Below, one piece after another: positions 1 to 11,559 of a stretch of DNA of 64,000 bases. The translations under genes and the position numbers were made by a program. Numbering within the stretch: position 1 is the first letter of the stretch; the number at the start of each line of letters is the position of its first letter. The notes under the pieces were generated by a model, which was not told the DNA's origin, made no database searches, and was given only the letters and a program-made list of their open reading frames with translations. The DNA is from Antechinus flavipes (Eukaryota): positions 553,350,001-553,414,000 of the forward strand of contig NC_067398.1 of NCBI RefSeq assembly GCF_016432865.1, written 5' to 3'.

Positions 1-30
1 TGGGTTCTTAATGCTACATGAAGTTTTCAT

Positions 31-70
31 GCATGCATGTATACGTGTGTGTGTGTATGCATGTGCACAC
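31..70. repeat. (GT)n/alternating purine-pyrimidine microsatellite
   Basis: gcatgcatgtatacgtgtgtgtgtgtatgcatgtgcacac. Confidence 0.8.
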
Positions 71-234
71 ACTTTAATTCTCTCTAGGTGTGTCTATAAA
101 ATCTTTGCTGCAAGAAATGTCTTGATGGATACTTGGGAGGGAAATTGTTTGAACAAAAGTGTGATGTAAAAAGAAAAGGTAGCAATAAAAGATGATTTTT
201 AAATGCTATTTTTACTTATGTGCATGGAAATGCT

Positions 235-385
235 TTGGTGAAGTAGAAAAAGTACTGGATAAAATTCTAACTTCAGCACTATTTCTAGTTGTATGACATT
301 AAAGCAAGTCACTAAATCTCTACAAACCTCAGCTTTTTCATTGTAGAATAAGGAAGTGATAGAATTCTCAAACTTTGGGGAGATC
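235..385 (+). mobile_element. Decayed MIR/CORE-SINE
   Basis: CORE-like 'ttctagttgtatgacattaaagcaagtcactaaatctct..cctcagctttttcattgtagaata'. Confidence 0.7.
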
Positions 386-871
386 TAAGTTTACCTCTAA
401 GACCAGCCAACTAGTTTATTTTAAAGTGTTTAGGAAACAACTCTAGAATTCATTTGGTTAATTGAGCTAATTAATCAGTTTAGGGCTATGAGTTTGCAAA
501 TGGAACTCAGAGCAGTTAGAGGAAATTTGGGATCAGGTTACAAGACTGTACTTAGAATGTGAATATGATGTAGGATAATGATTTCTGGATCATGTGGCAA
601 AACTATACAGCTGGTTATCTCAGTTCATTAATGCTTCGGTTTCGATTATCAAAAACAATGAAGATGATCACATTCAAAGCCTAAAACCAGTTACTAAACA
701 CCCCCAAAAGGCCTTAAAGTAAAGAGTTAGAAACCTACTGGTACTATAAAAAGGGTTCTGAGCAAAACAAATATTCTGCCCATGTGGAGGTGAGAACTCA
801 CAAAGACAAATTAAGAAGTAGATGGGATAGGCAGGGTAGCACCTATGTAACTTTGTAAGAAGGATACTCTT

Positions 872-1006
872 NNNNNNNNNNNNNNNNNNNNNNNNNNNNN
901 NNNNNNNNNNNNNNNNNNNNNNNNNNNNNNNNNNNNNNNNNNNNNNNNNNNNNNNNNNNNNNNNNNNNNNNNNNNNNNNNNNNNNNNNNNNNNNNNNNNN
1001 NNNNNN
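872..1006. other. Assembly gap (N run)
   Basis: N bases. Confidence 1.
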
Positions 1007-1635
1007 GTTTCAGAATTAGTCTTAGTTTCTGTCTCTGTCTATATCTCCATCTCTCTCTATCTCTGTCTCTTTCTGTGTGCCAGCCCATAGAGCTGAAGAA
1101 TTCATTGTAATCAAGGATTCCAATTTGCCTATTCTACAGGAACAGTCATTTGCCTTTGCACTAATCAATATTGAGGACCAGCGATTTTAGCTGAATATCT
1201 TCTCTGACTCGTGGTGGAACCAATGGAGACCATAGAATTAGGCAGGGAAGTATCTAATCCTTTCAAATATTGAGTTTGATCTACTGGTTGACATAGTTTA
1301 TCCTTAGAGAAGATAATTACTAGGGCATCAATAGTTTGATAAATGAACTCCTAGTGCTAGACCCTGGTTAGCTGAATGTGAAGGGTGCCTAGAGAGAATT
1401 TCCCTATTGAACAAATTTGCATATTTGAATGATATAAACTTACAATAGCAATATAATATATATAATAAAAACTGAATATATTATAATCCAGTTTAAATAT
1501 CAAATGTACTAGTTCAAGGTTATACACTGAGCACAGTACCTAATATGTAGTAAATATTTAATACATTCTTGATTAATCAGTTGCTTGAATATTCATTTGG
1601 ATATACATTAGTCTTCTTCCTATCCACTCGAGCCA

Positions 1636-1790
1636 GTGTGGTATAATATAGTGTTAGTTTTTGAGAAGGAAGGCCTGATCGTGAGTCCTGCCATTGTCAC
1701 TTGTGGCTGTGGGGGTTCATTTAAGTTACAACATCTATCAGGATCAGTTTCCCCATTGGCAAAACAGAGACAGGATTTGAGGAGGGATAG
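1636..1790 (+). mobile_element. Decayed MIR (left member of an inverted pair)
   Basis: 'cagtttccccattggcaaaa' resembles the MIR 'cagtttcctcatctgtaaaa'; head-like sequence at 1636-1700. Confidence 0.65.
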
Positions 1791-2264
1791 AGTAGAGAGG
1801 GAGATAGTTGGAAAAGTATCAATGGTAGAACCAAACAGTCTTGGATTTTAACACAATAAAAGAGAGATATAGGGTGTGTCAGTAAACACGGATCAAAGAG
1901 GGAGCATCCTACTCAAGTTCCCTGTTCTGTTTGCACTTGTTGAGTCTATGATTGTACCCATTACAGGATTGCTACACAATCCCCATCTGACTGTCTAAGA
2001 CTCCTACACACAAGGACATTGTTTCTTTCTGTACCCACCACCCCATGGTTACATAGAAAACAAACACTCCTCACCCTTTCTGGACATATTTAGCAGGAGT
2101 CATGGACACCCTCTGTGACAGTTTGCTCCCACTCCTATTCTTCTTAGCTTCTTCCTATCCAGGAAGATTACAACATCTAATGAAGTTGGTTAGCAAGAGT
2201 TTTTACTAATTCCTCCATCCTTTCCATACTAATCACAAGAAGAAAGTATCACATTTCTACCAAT

Positions 2265-2525
2265 CTTTAGAATTAAAAGCACTTTGTAGATATTATTTCA
2301 CTTGATCCTGATGACTACTCTGGAGAGGTAGGTTGTTTAAGTATATTTCTATTTTATTAAGTATTATTATAATAATAATAATAATTAAGTATATTTCTAT
2401 GGGGAAACTGAACCTGATAGATGTTGTAACTTAAGCAAACTGCCACAGCTAGTAAGTGACAGTACCAGGACTCAAAATCATTCCTCCTATCTCAAAAGTC
2501 AGCATCTTTATACAATACCATGCTG
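2265..2525 (-). mobile_element. Decayed MIR (right member of the inverted pair)
   Basis: 'gcactttgtagatattatttcacttgatcct..atggggaaactga..cacagctagtaagtgac..ggactcaa' is antisense MIR. Confidence 0.75.
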
Positions 2526-3687
2526 GCTCCAGTGAAGAGGAAGAACACTACTCTGTCATTGATCAGCACCAAATCCAGAGTTGTCCTTTCATATAGACAG
2601 AACAGGTGGCTTTTTTGTGTGGTATGATTTTTAGAAATTACCATTTGGACAACCTATTAGTTTTGATAATGACTGAAAATATAGAGGTGTTCTGCTAATT
2701 ACTCAGTATAAACAAGACAAAAAATAATGAAGCAATTCCTGTTCTCAAAGAGGTTATATGGCCATCATATTGGTTGGTTTTGTTTAACTGTTTTTCTTTG
2801 TTACAAGGGAAGATTTATGGAAAGAATGTGTAGGGAGGCAGGGTATTAGGGATTATTTTGGGAAATGATTGTAATTTAAAGACAAAGAACATCAAAACTT
2901 TTAAAAATTAAAATTTGATTACTCCCTTGTAAAAATCATAAATTATATATGTCAACATGGATCCATCTACATAAGACTGGATGCAAATAGAGAGAATCTT
3001 CTCTATTTTCCTCCAAGAAAATGTATCTGAGAGATATTAGAATTTTATCTCTCTGCCTCACTAAATGTTGCTAGTCTGAGGGAATTAATTCTCATGTTCA
3101 AATCACTGTCTTTATCCCTATCTATTGAGGAAGGAGAGATCCAAATTATATAGCCAAAGACTTGACTTTTTTCCACCAAATGGCTGTTCCACAAAGACTA
3201 TTACATACAACAAATAGCAAATAAGCTCATTTATTCAAGTTGATAGCAAAGAATGCAAGAAGTTATACATATATAAAGTATATATATTTGTGTGTGTATA
3301 TAAGTATATTTGTGTGTGTGTATATATATGTGAAAATTAGAATATGCCAGACAATACACAGAATGAATGTTCAACACTAAGAAAGAGGTAAAATTCCAGA
3401 TTTTATCAAAGGAGAAAATCCCCTGAAATCTCAATGACATGATTGGGGTACCATTTCCTTTACATGTGAACTTCTTTGTAAAATCTTTTTCTCCTTCTAG
3501 ATACCTCTCCCTAAAGGAAATCTGAAACTATGTGTATCTCCTTTCAGATTTGGAACCCAGAAGCACCAGTACCTCTCTTATTCCAAGTTCTTATTAATTC
3601 CATTCTTTATGCAGACATGGAGAACCAAGACAATACATTCTCTATCAATTTAAAAAGTCTTAACCAAATTGACCATTCTGGTTACAA

Positions 3688-3965
3688 GGGTAGCTAGGTG
3701 GTACCATAGAGCACAAAGTGCTAGGCCTGGCATCAGGAAGACTCATCTTCTGAAGATCAAATCCAATATTAGACACTTACTAGTTATGTGACCCTGAGCA
3801 AGTCACTTAGCCAGCCAGAGGAAATCGTCTCAATTTCCTCATCTGTAAAAAGAGCAGAAGAAAGAACTTTCAAACTATTCTAGTATCTATGCTAAAAAAA
3901 AAAAATCCCAAATGGGATCATAAAAAGTCAGATACTACTGAAAATGACTTAATAATAATAATAAT
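3688..3965 (+). mobile_element. Mar1-type marsupial CORE-SINE
   Basis: tRNA-like head 'gctaggtggtaccatagagc', CORE, RTE-type tail 'ctagtatctatgc..cccaaatggga', (AAT)n end. Confidence 0.8.
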
Positions 3966-4340
3966 TTGGTTACATAAAAAATTATAGTAATGTATATTTT
4001 TGTTAAAATGAATTATTTTGCTCTCCTCCCTCTGTTCAATTCTGGGCCTAACATTGCCACAGTGTCTACTGATTTCTTTTGATGGATTAGCCTTATATAA
4101 TCTATACTCATTCAATTATTTGGCATGATCTGGACAATAGACACTTTATTCACTCAGTTTTTACTCTATGGATATTGAACTAATGATGCTTTGTATCTAT
4201 GAATCATTCTAGTCTCTGAAGAATGAAAGCTGAGAGCATCATTCAGAAGTCAATGGAAAGGCATATTGTATTTAAGAGTAGGCTGCAATCCATAACTAAT
4301 GAAGAAATATGTAAAGGCTATCATTAGAAAGTAAATAATT

Positions 4341-4493
4341 GGGGCAGCTAGATGGCGCAGTGGATAGAGTAGTAGCTCTGAACTCAGGAGGACCTGAGTT
4401 CAAATTGATCTCAGGCACTTAACACTTCCTAGCTGTGTGACCCTTGGCAAGTCGCTTAACCCCAATTGCCTCAGCAAAAAAAAAAAAAAAAAA
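4341..4493 (+). mobile_element. WSINE1-type SINE, full length with poly-A
   Basis: 'ggggcagctagatggcgcagtggatagag..aggaggacctgagttcaaa..ttaaccccaattgcctcagc' followed by an A-tail. Confidence 0.92.
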
Positions 4494-4619
4494 GTAATTG
4501 GAAAAGGATTTGGGACAATCATATTATAATACCATTATTATCTATGCAATGTCAAGAGGTCTAGAAGAAGGATCTTCCAGCATATCAAACACATACCTCT
4601 AGAGAATTTTCAGGAGAAA

Positions 4620-4910
4620 GACACTTGACTTCCTTTACATCCCAACAGAAATTCTCTTTTTTCAGGAAGCCTTTCCTAGTCCCTCTTAATTCAGTGTCTT
4701 CCCTCTGTTAGTTATTTCCTATTTATCTTGATATAGCTTGTCTTGCAAATATTTTTTGGCAGGTTGTCCCCACTATGTTACATGTCTTCAATTGTAAGCT
4801 CCTTGAGATCAGGAACTGTCCTTTGCCTCTTTTTATATCCCTAGTGCTTAGTACAGTACTTGGCACATAGTAGATGCTCAATGTTGATAGGTTGATGGAT
4901 TGATTGATGA
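4620..4910 (+). mobile_element. L2 3' end
   Basis: 'aattgtaagctccttgagatcagg..tatccctagtgcttagtacagtacttggcacatagtag'. Confidence 0.85.
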
Positions 4911-6439
4911 AATTACCTAAAGGGAAGGAATATCAAAGCACTGATCTATACAGTTGGGGTATTGCCCACATATTGAACTCCAGATTCATCAAAGTATCAC
5001 TTCTGATGCACATTTTTGTTTTGTTTAGACTATGGTCTTTTGCTAAAATATATAGCTTAATATTTTTATTCATTCATATAGTCAATTGATTGCTGTTAAA
5101 AGAGAGCAAAAGTGATTTCTTAGTATGATCTCTCTTCCATGGAATATCCTCTGACGGAAATGTAAATAAATAGTGAAGTAGCCAAAAGACAGGAGAGGAA
5201 AAGAGAAAGAATAAGATGTTATATCTTTCACAAACTGCCTAGTCTACAAATAATAGAGCTGTAACCTGTTGGCAAGTATCTAAGCTCGCCTAGCTTTTAC
5301 CCTAGGAAGTAGATTCAATTGAATTAAGGAGACCAAGAGTCTCTGCTTTCCTCCTAACTATTGAAGAATCCCATCAAGGGTTTAGGTCCAGTGGTGTAAA
5401 TCTTGGCCTCTTGGTGGTGAGCTCAGACAACAAAACCAAACCTTTCCTACCACTAAAAGATTTCTTGAAAGTATTTAGCCAGCTAAGAACTATTAAACAA
5501 ATTAGAAGGTCCCCAAATGTGTCATTCATTCACTCATAGCACTGGATTGCCAAAGGGTGAGTTAGAGAAATTTGGTCTCCTGAGAAGAGTTAAAAGTCAG
5601 ACAGGAGCCAGTCAACAAAAATAGAAGTTTCTGGTCAAGAGTTGCTGCTTGCTTAATACTTAAGAGGACCCTAATGAATGCCTCTAATTGTTTTGAAAGA
5701 AGAACAAGATCCATCAGTAGTTGACAGACGTAAAGACCTGAGGAAGGTAGTCATGCTTCCCATCAGCCCACCAGTTCAATGACTCCTGCAGGATAACAAT
5801 CCTTTTAAAAGTCTCTTACTATTAGCACATAAGTCAACTTTTCCTTTTCCAAAAGACTTTGCCTCCAGTGGAGATTTATATAACACATTTGTGTTGCTGC
5901 TATTTTCTCTTTTTAAAAAAATCATCCATATAATAACTTTAACAGGCACATCATAGGAGGCTGCCTAGATTCCAAACATTTCCTTGATGTAGGATGATCA
6001 CAATAGAAAGGAATGTGACTCCTATCCAATAGTCTGTAAGTTTTTGTCTTCCCTAATCCCTGTAACTAAATCACTGGGTACTTTAGAGTCTCTGACCTAA
6101 ATTTTAATTGATGCCCACCACCATTTTAGACTACTCAGTGATTTTAACCAGACAAAGGAAAAAAAGAAAGATTGAGACAGCCCAAAGAAGTTCTCCAGGG
6201 AAAGAAGAGGAAGGCTAAAAGTGTGGCTAGTCACTATTACAATTCATTGCAATGACCTTTCCATTTATAACAGGATTATAATCCTTTTGTCTTAAAGTAG
6301 CTGTTGTTTCTCAACATAGGGTGGAATGAAAATATAGAACATTTTCTATTCCATTCTATAGAATAGAATAAAATATAGAAATAGAAAATTGAGAAAATAT
6401 AGGTGAACACCACCAAATTATCAAGCACAGAGAGGTAGA

Positions 6440-6850
6440 AGTGTGATAATAGATGCATGCCAGGGTTAAAGTGAGGAAGATTTGAGTTAAGATACCATCT
6501 TTGCCAGCTGAGTGACTATGGAAATTCACTTTAACTTCAATCACCTTCTCTTTCCTTCTCTTTAAAATGGGGATAATTGGGCCAGCTAGGGGGTGCAATG
6601 GATAGAGCACCAGCCCTGAAGTCAGGAGGACCTGAGTTTAAATCTGATCTCACTTAACACTTCCTAGCTGTGTGACCCTGGGCAAGTCACTTAACCCCAA
6701 TTGCCTCAGCAAAATAATAATAATAATAATAATAAATTGGGGATAATTCTGCCTATATTATTTACTTTAGGAGATTATTAAGAAACCCAAATGGGATAAT
6801 ACATGTAAAATTTTTAAACTTTAAGGACCCATAAAAATGTCAGTTACTAA
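6440..6850 (+). mobile_element. MIR interrupted by a WSINE1
   Basis: MIR head and CORE up to 'aaaatggggataatt', resuming after 6748. Confidence 0.75.
6579..6733 (+). mobile_element. WSINE1 with (AAT)n tail and 15-bp TSD
   Basis: TSD aaaatggggataatt (6564-6578) / aaattggggataatt (6734-6748). Confidence 0.92.
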
Positions 6851-6914
6851 TAAGAAAAGAATGGAAGCATTATCTAATTACTAGACGGCCTCTTCTAAGG
6901 ATTCTAGACTTGAT

Positions 6915-7165
6915 TGGCAGCTGGGTGACATGATAGATCTGGTATCAAGTCCAGCTTCAGATACTTAGTAGCTATGTGACCCTGGGCAAATCATTTTTTA
7001 ACCTCTGTCTGCCTAAGTTTCCTTATCTGTAAAATAGGGATAGTAATATCATTACCTGCTAGAATTATTTTGAGAATACAATGAGATAATAATTATAAAG
7101 TACTTTGCAAATCTTAAGATACTACATAAATACTAACTAAGTATCATTATTACTATTATTATTAC
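6915..7165 (+). mobile_element. MIR/CORE-SINE
   Basis: 'agctatgtgaccctgggcaaatcatt..gtttccttatctgtaaaataggg'. Confidence 0.85.
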
Positions 7166-7799
7166 CCCTCTAAAATGAGTAGTTTGTTCTCAATACCTTA
7201 GCTTTGGATATTCATCATGAAGATTTTCAAGTTCCAGCCTTGTACCTTGAAAAATGTTCTTTTACTAGAGCTGGTCTATGGCCAAAAGTTGTGAAGTTGA
7301 CATTAATACCCCCATGGGGTACTTTTTATATCCCATGGCCCTTTGACCCTTCCCATATCATTCCAAAGATTTAGCTCCTGAACTGAACCAGATTACTTTC
7401 ACTGCTGTGACCAACACTCTTAACTCTTAACCTGAAGGTGAAACAGAATGAAAAAAAAAGGGAAACATTGGATTATTAAATAATGACAGTAGAATTTAAG
7501 TGAAATTCTCCCCAAGATGTGGTAGAATAGTATTCCATATCATCCCCAGAAATTTATTGGGAAATATAGTGCTTAATGATTTGATCACAAAGCTTAATAA
7601 AAGTACATGTGTGTGTGAAAATGTCAGCAGAACAATGAAAGGTACTAAAATTGAATTCTTAATCACAAAGACCATTATTCAGCAGAAAAAGTCATGAACC
7701 TGGAATCCTAAGGGAACCCAAACTCAAATCCTGCCTGGCTTTATAGTGTGTAACATTAGACAACTTACTTACTCATTAGTCAAGAGAGGAAAGGGAAAG

Positions 7800-8050
7800 G
7801 AATAAGCCTTCAAATAGTACTTCTTATGAGCTAGGTACTTTGTGAAATGCTTTAAAAATATTATTTCATGACAACCTTTAAAGGTAGATGCTGCTCTCAT
7901 TCCCATTTTACAGTTGAAGAAATTGAGGCAGTTAAAGGTTAAGTGACTTGCCAAGGATTATTCATCTAGTAAATAAATGGTGTCACATATGAATGCAAGT
8001 TTTCCCAGCTCCAAGACCACTGTTCTACCCGCTGTGCCACCTTGCTACTA
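7800..8050 (-). mobile_element. MIR/Mar CORE-SINE
   Basis: 'cccattttacagttgaagaaattgaggcagttaaaggttaagtgacttgccaagg'. Confidence 0.85.
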
Positions 8051-8169
8051 TCATAGCAAGAACCAGCCCCTATCATAGAAGTTCCAGAAATAAAAGGGCT
8101 CTTCAGGGACAGTCTTTGGTAAAGAAATGACAGACAAGTAAAAGAAAGCCATCCCCTTCTCCCTTCTCC

Positions 8170-8430
8170 CTTCTGCCTCATAGAATCCCCTTACTTTCTT
8201 CAGGTCAGAACATAAAGCCTTTCCCGATTTCCCCAAATACTGATATCTTTCCTTCTGAAACATTTATTTTATACCTATCAATACATATTCATCCAAATAT
8301 ATATTGTTTCCCCTGATCATATAGGCATATTAAAAATAGACATTGTTTCATTTTCTAATAAGAATAGACATTGTTTCATTTTCTAATAAGAATAGACATT
8401 GTTTCATTTTTAATAAATGATTGCTGATTG
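8170..8430 (+). mobile_element. L2 3' end carrying an internal minisatellite
   Basis: 'aagcctttcccgatttcccc..tattgtttcccctg..ttgctgattgattcaatg'. Confidence 0.6.
8335..8417. repeat. 28-bp tandem repeat, about 3 copies
   Basis: Unit aatagacattgtttcattttctaataag at 8335 and 8363, with a slightly diverged third copy at 8391. Confidence 0.95.
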
Positions 8431-8444
8431 ATTCAATGACTTCT

Positions 8445-8910
8445 TTAGGGTATCTGGAACAATTGAGGTGAGAATCCCTCTTTGCTCTCTGCTCAGATCC
8501 TTTTTAGAATATTGGGTGAGGCTCTGGGTGCTACTTTGTTGGAAGCATATTGATGAGCTGAATTATATTCATATGAGTTTGATCAGGATAGTGAGGCTCC
8601 CAGAGCCCATACCCTCTGAAGATTGGTTGAAGGAAATGGTGATGTTTATCTGGAAAAGAGAAGAGTTAGGGGAAACATAATAATTGTCTTTCAGTATTGG
8701 AAGGACTTTCACATGGAAGATTTATTCTGCCTTATCCTAGGAGCTACAAGTGGTTCAATAATTGGTAATTAAAGCAGTATACATTTTGACTACATGGGGG
8801 GAAAACCTTGTAATAATTGGTGGCCCAAATGGAATGGGTTATCTCTAGAGGTAGTGTTAGCCATCACTAAAAGTCTTTAAGAAGATGGAGAATGACCATT
8901 TGTCAGATTT
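8445..8910 (+). mobile_element. L3/CR1 LINE 3' fragment
   Basis: Decayed CR1 ORF2 C-terminus and 3' end ('aaatggaatgggtt..gaggtagtg..tcact..gtctttaag..gaatgaccatttgtcag'). Confidence 0.75.
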
Positions 8911-9539
8911 TTGTAGAGGAAAATTGGCATGACAAATATGAAAAAAATGCTAGACTCGGAGTAAGGAAAACTGAATTTGAATCCAGACTCAGAAATTAGC
9001 TGTATGGTTATACAAAAGTCATCTTAAAGCCTCAGAGTTTCCATTTTTCAAATCTGTAAAATAGGTATATTAATATAGGGTAGGTATTATGAGAATGCCT
9101 TGCAAAACTTAAAGTTTATTATTATTATTGTTATTACTAAAACACAATTTATTCTACTCATATATAGACTGATAGCTAGAAGAGACCTTAAAAATAATTT
9201 TGCCTACATTCCTTGTTTTATAAATAGGTAAAACATAACTTAACAAGATTAAATTACTTGCCCAAAGTCTCACAGACAATATGCAACAAAATTAGACAAT
9301 ATGAATAAACCATAGGACTTGGAATTTTGCTTTCCTCATTGGGTGTGACCATAGTTGGCAAGTTAATTTCCATATTTTTCAGTTTACTCACCTGTAAAAT
9401 GGAATACTAATACTTAAAGGATTTCCCTCAATTACAGAGTTCATTTGAGGTTCAAAAAAATAATGAATGTTAAAAGTACTAACATTAAAATATGTGAAGT
9501 ATATCATTTCCACAAGGTTATTATGAGGGCCAGCCATTT

Positions 9540-9765
9540 TCTCTAAAGTAAAATCCAACTTTTCCTGATCCCATTTGTGGTTTTCTTGGCAGAGATACTG
9601 AAGGGATTTCCTTCTCCAGTTCATTTTACAGATGAGGAAACTGAGGTAAACAGGGTTATGTACTTGTCTAGGGTCACACAGCTAGTAAGTGTCTGAGGAC
9701 ATATTTGAACTCAACTTTTCCTGACTCCTGGCCTGGCATTCTATCCACTGTGTCATTCAGCTTCC
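9540..9765 (-). mobile_element. Mar1-type SINE
   Basis: 'gttttcttggcagagatactg..cattttacagatgaggaaactgagg..gggtcacacagctagtaagtgtctgagg'. Confidence 0.9.
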
Positions 9766-9925
9766 AGGTGTGAGGACCACAGGTTGTAATATATATACAA
9801 AGTATTTTGCAATGACTAGTCAGCTTAATAAATGTCAGCAGGAGATCAGATCTTTTGCTTACAAAGCCTCATCACTTTCTACTAGATCAGACTTCCTGTG
9901 AGGGATGGGGAGGCTGGGTCTAAAT

Positions 9926-10079
9926 CCCAGCTTCTTGAACTATGGTTTATGATCCCATATCAGATCTCATAACTGAATGTGGGGATCATGAAATTATGAT
10001 TTACCTATATTCCTGGGGGTCACATAAAAATTTCTCAGGTGAAAAGAGATCACAAGTACAAAAAGTTCAAAAAGTCCTG
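9926..10079. mobile_element. hAT/Charlie-like MITE (family A)
   Basis: TIRs cccagcttcttgaac / gttcaaaaagtcctg; 8-bp TSD gtctaaat / atctaaat, close to the Charlie-type NTCTAGAN target. Confidence 0.8.
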
Positions 10080-10214
10080 ATCTAAATAACCTCAAAGAAC
10101 GCTTCCAGATCTGAGATTCTTAGCTTATGCGATGTTTGTATGAGCTGTATATAAATTATATCATTGCAAAGTCTTGTAAGAGCCATATAGGTATGGAGAA
10201 AGGTAGACAGATCA

Positions 10215-10460
10215 AATGCAGCTAGGTTATCCAATGAATACAGCACTGAACCTGTGGAGTTAATAATACCTGAATTTAAATCCAGCCTTAGATACTTCCT
10301 AACTGTATGACTCGGGGCAAGTCACTTGACCCTATTTGCTTATTTCCTCATTTATAAAATGAGCTGGAGAAGGAAATGGCAAACCACTCCAGTATTTTTT
10401 GCCAAGAAAACCCCAAATGGGCTCATGAAGAATCTGACAAGGTTGGAATAATTGAATAAA
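10215..10460 (+). mobile_element. Mar1-type SINE
   Basis: 'gagctggagaaggaaatggcaaaccactccagtatt..gccaagaaaaccccaaatggg'. Confidence 0.9.
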
Positions 10461-10559
10461 GATATATAAAAGACTTAGAAGCAATCACATACAAGGCCCA
10501 TTCTATTTTATCACAAATGGATCAGGTGGTGACAGTAGAAAAATTTCCCCTTCTCTTTA

Positions 10560-10790
10560 GGTAATAATAATAGCTAATAATTGGTATTTATAAAACCCCT
10601 TAAGATTTGTAAAGTGCTTTACAAATAATATCTCATTTTATTCTCACAACAACTGGGAATTTAGAACTATTATCTCCACTTTATAGATGAAGGCAAAGGC
10701 TGAGGCAGTTTAAAGTTTAAAAGTGACTAGACCAGAACTGTGCAGTTAATAAGTGTCTGAATTTGCTCTTCTGACTCCTGACTTGTGAAC
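10560..10790 (-). mobile_element. MIR/CORE-SINE
   Basis: 'gtgctttacaaataatatctcattttattctcacaac..ccactttatagatgaagg'. Confidence 0.8.
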
Positions 10791-11129
10791 TGATAGCCTC
10801 CTGTAATTCTGTCATTTAACTAATAAGAGCTCCAGGAGGTACTTGTAATATCTGATACATCCCTACCATCTTACATTTTCTCCTATTCTCCCCAAAACAG
10901 GTCTTTATTGAGTCAGGCTGCTCCCAAAATGCTGGTTCTAAATTTGTTATATTATATGTGGAAAAACCTGACAGACAAATGATTCTGTTGGTCATTTGTT
11001 TTCATTTTAAACTTAGTAACTACCAACAAAAATAAACACAATTTAAAAAAATTTACATAAAAAACTTTTAAGTTTTTTAATACACATATCAACTTTAACA
11101 ATCAATTATTAAGCACTTATTCAATGCCA

Positions 11130-11480
11130 ACCATTGTGCTAAAAAAATTCCTTATTGATCATATGTCCTCTTTTGAACTCTTGTATTTTCCCAGATTTTT
11201 GTTGCTGTTTTCATTATTGTTTACATAGTTGTGGACAATATGTATATTGTTCTGATTCTGCTTTTGACACTCTGTCTTACTTCATATAAATCAACAGATT
11301 TGTTTTTGGGCTCTTCATAATTGTGTCTTAAACTGTAATTGTTTTCTTATGGTACAATGAAATGCTGCAGTTTATTTAGCCATTCTCCAATCATTTGAAC
11401 ATGTGAATTATTTTCAATTTTTATTATGAATAATACTGCTCTGAATATTTTTGTGCAGATCTTTTTTCTCTCAATAACAA
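11130..11480 (-). mobile_element. Old L1 3' fragment
   Basis: 'gtttatttagccattctccaatc..tactgctctgaatatttttgtgcagat' is an antisense L1 ORF2 C-terminus/3'UTR. Confidence 0.7.
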
Positions 11481-11559
11481 TTATGACATAACCTTACGCA
11501 ATGAAAAGATGACATGTTTTAAATTTACATGTGAAAGAAAATGGTCATTAATATGCTTC

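Noticed and set aside
3548-3697. About 50-codon open frame after a + strand acceptor (IWNPEAPVPLLFQ..)
   Set aside because: It ends in a SINE head, has a weak donor and no recognisable homology.
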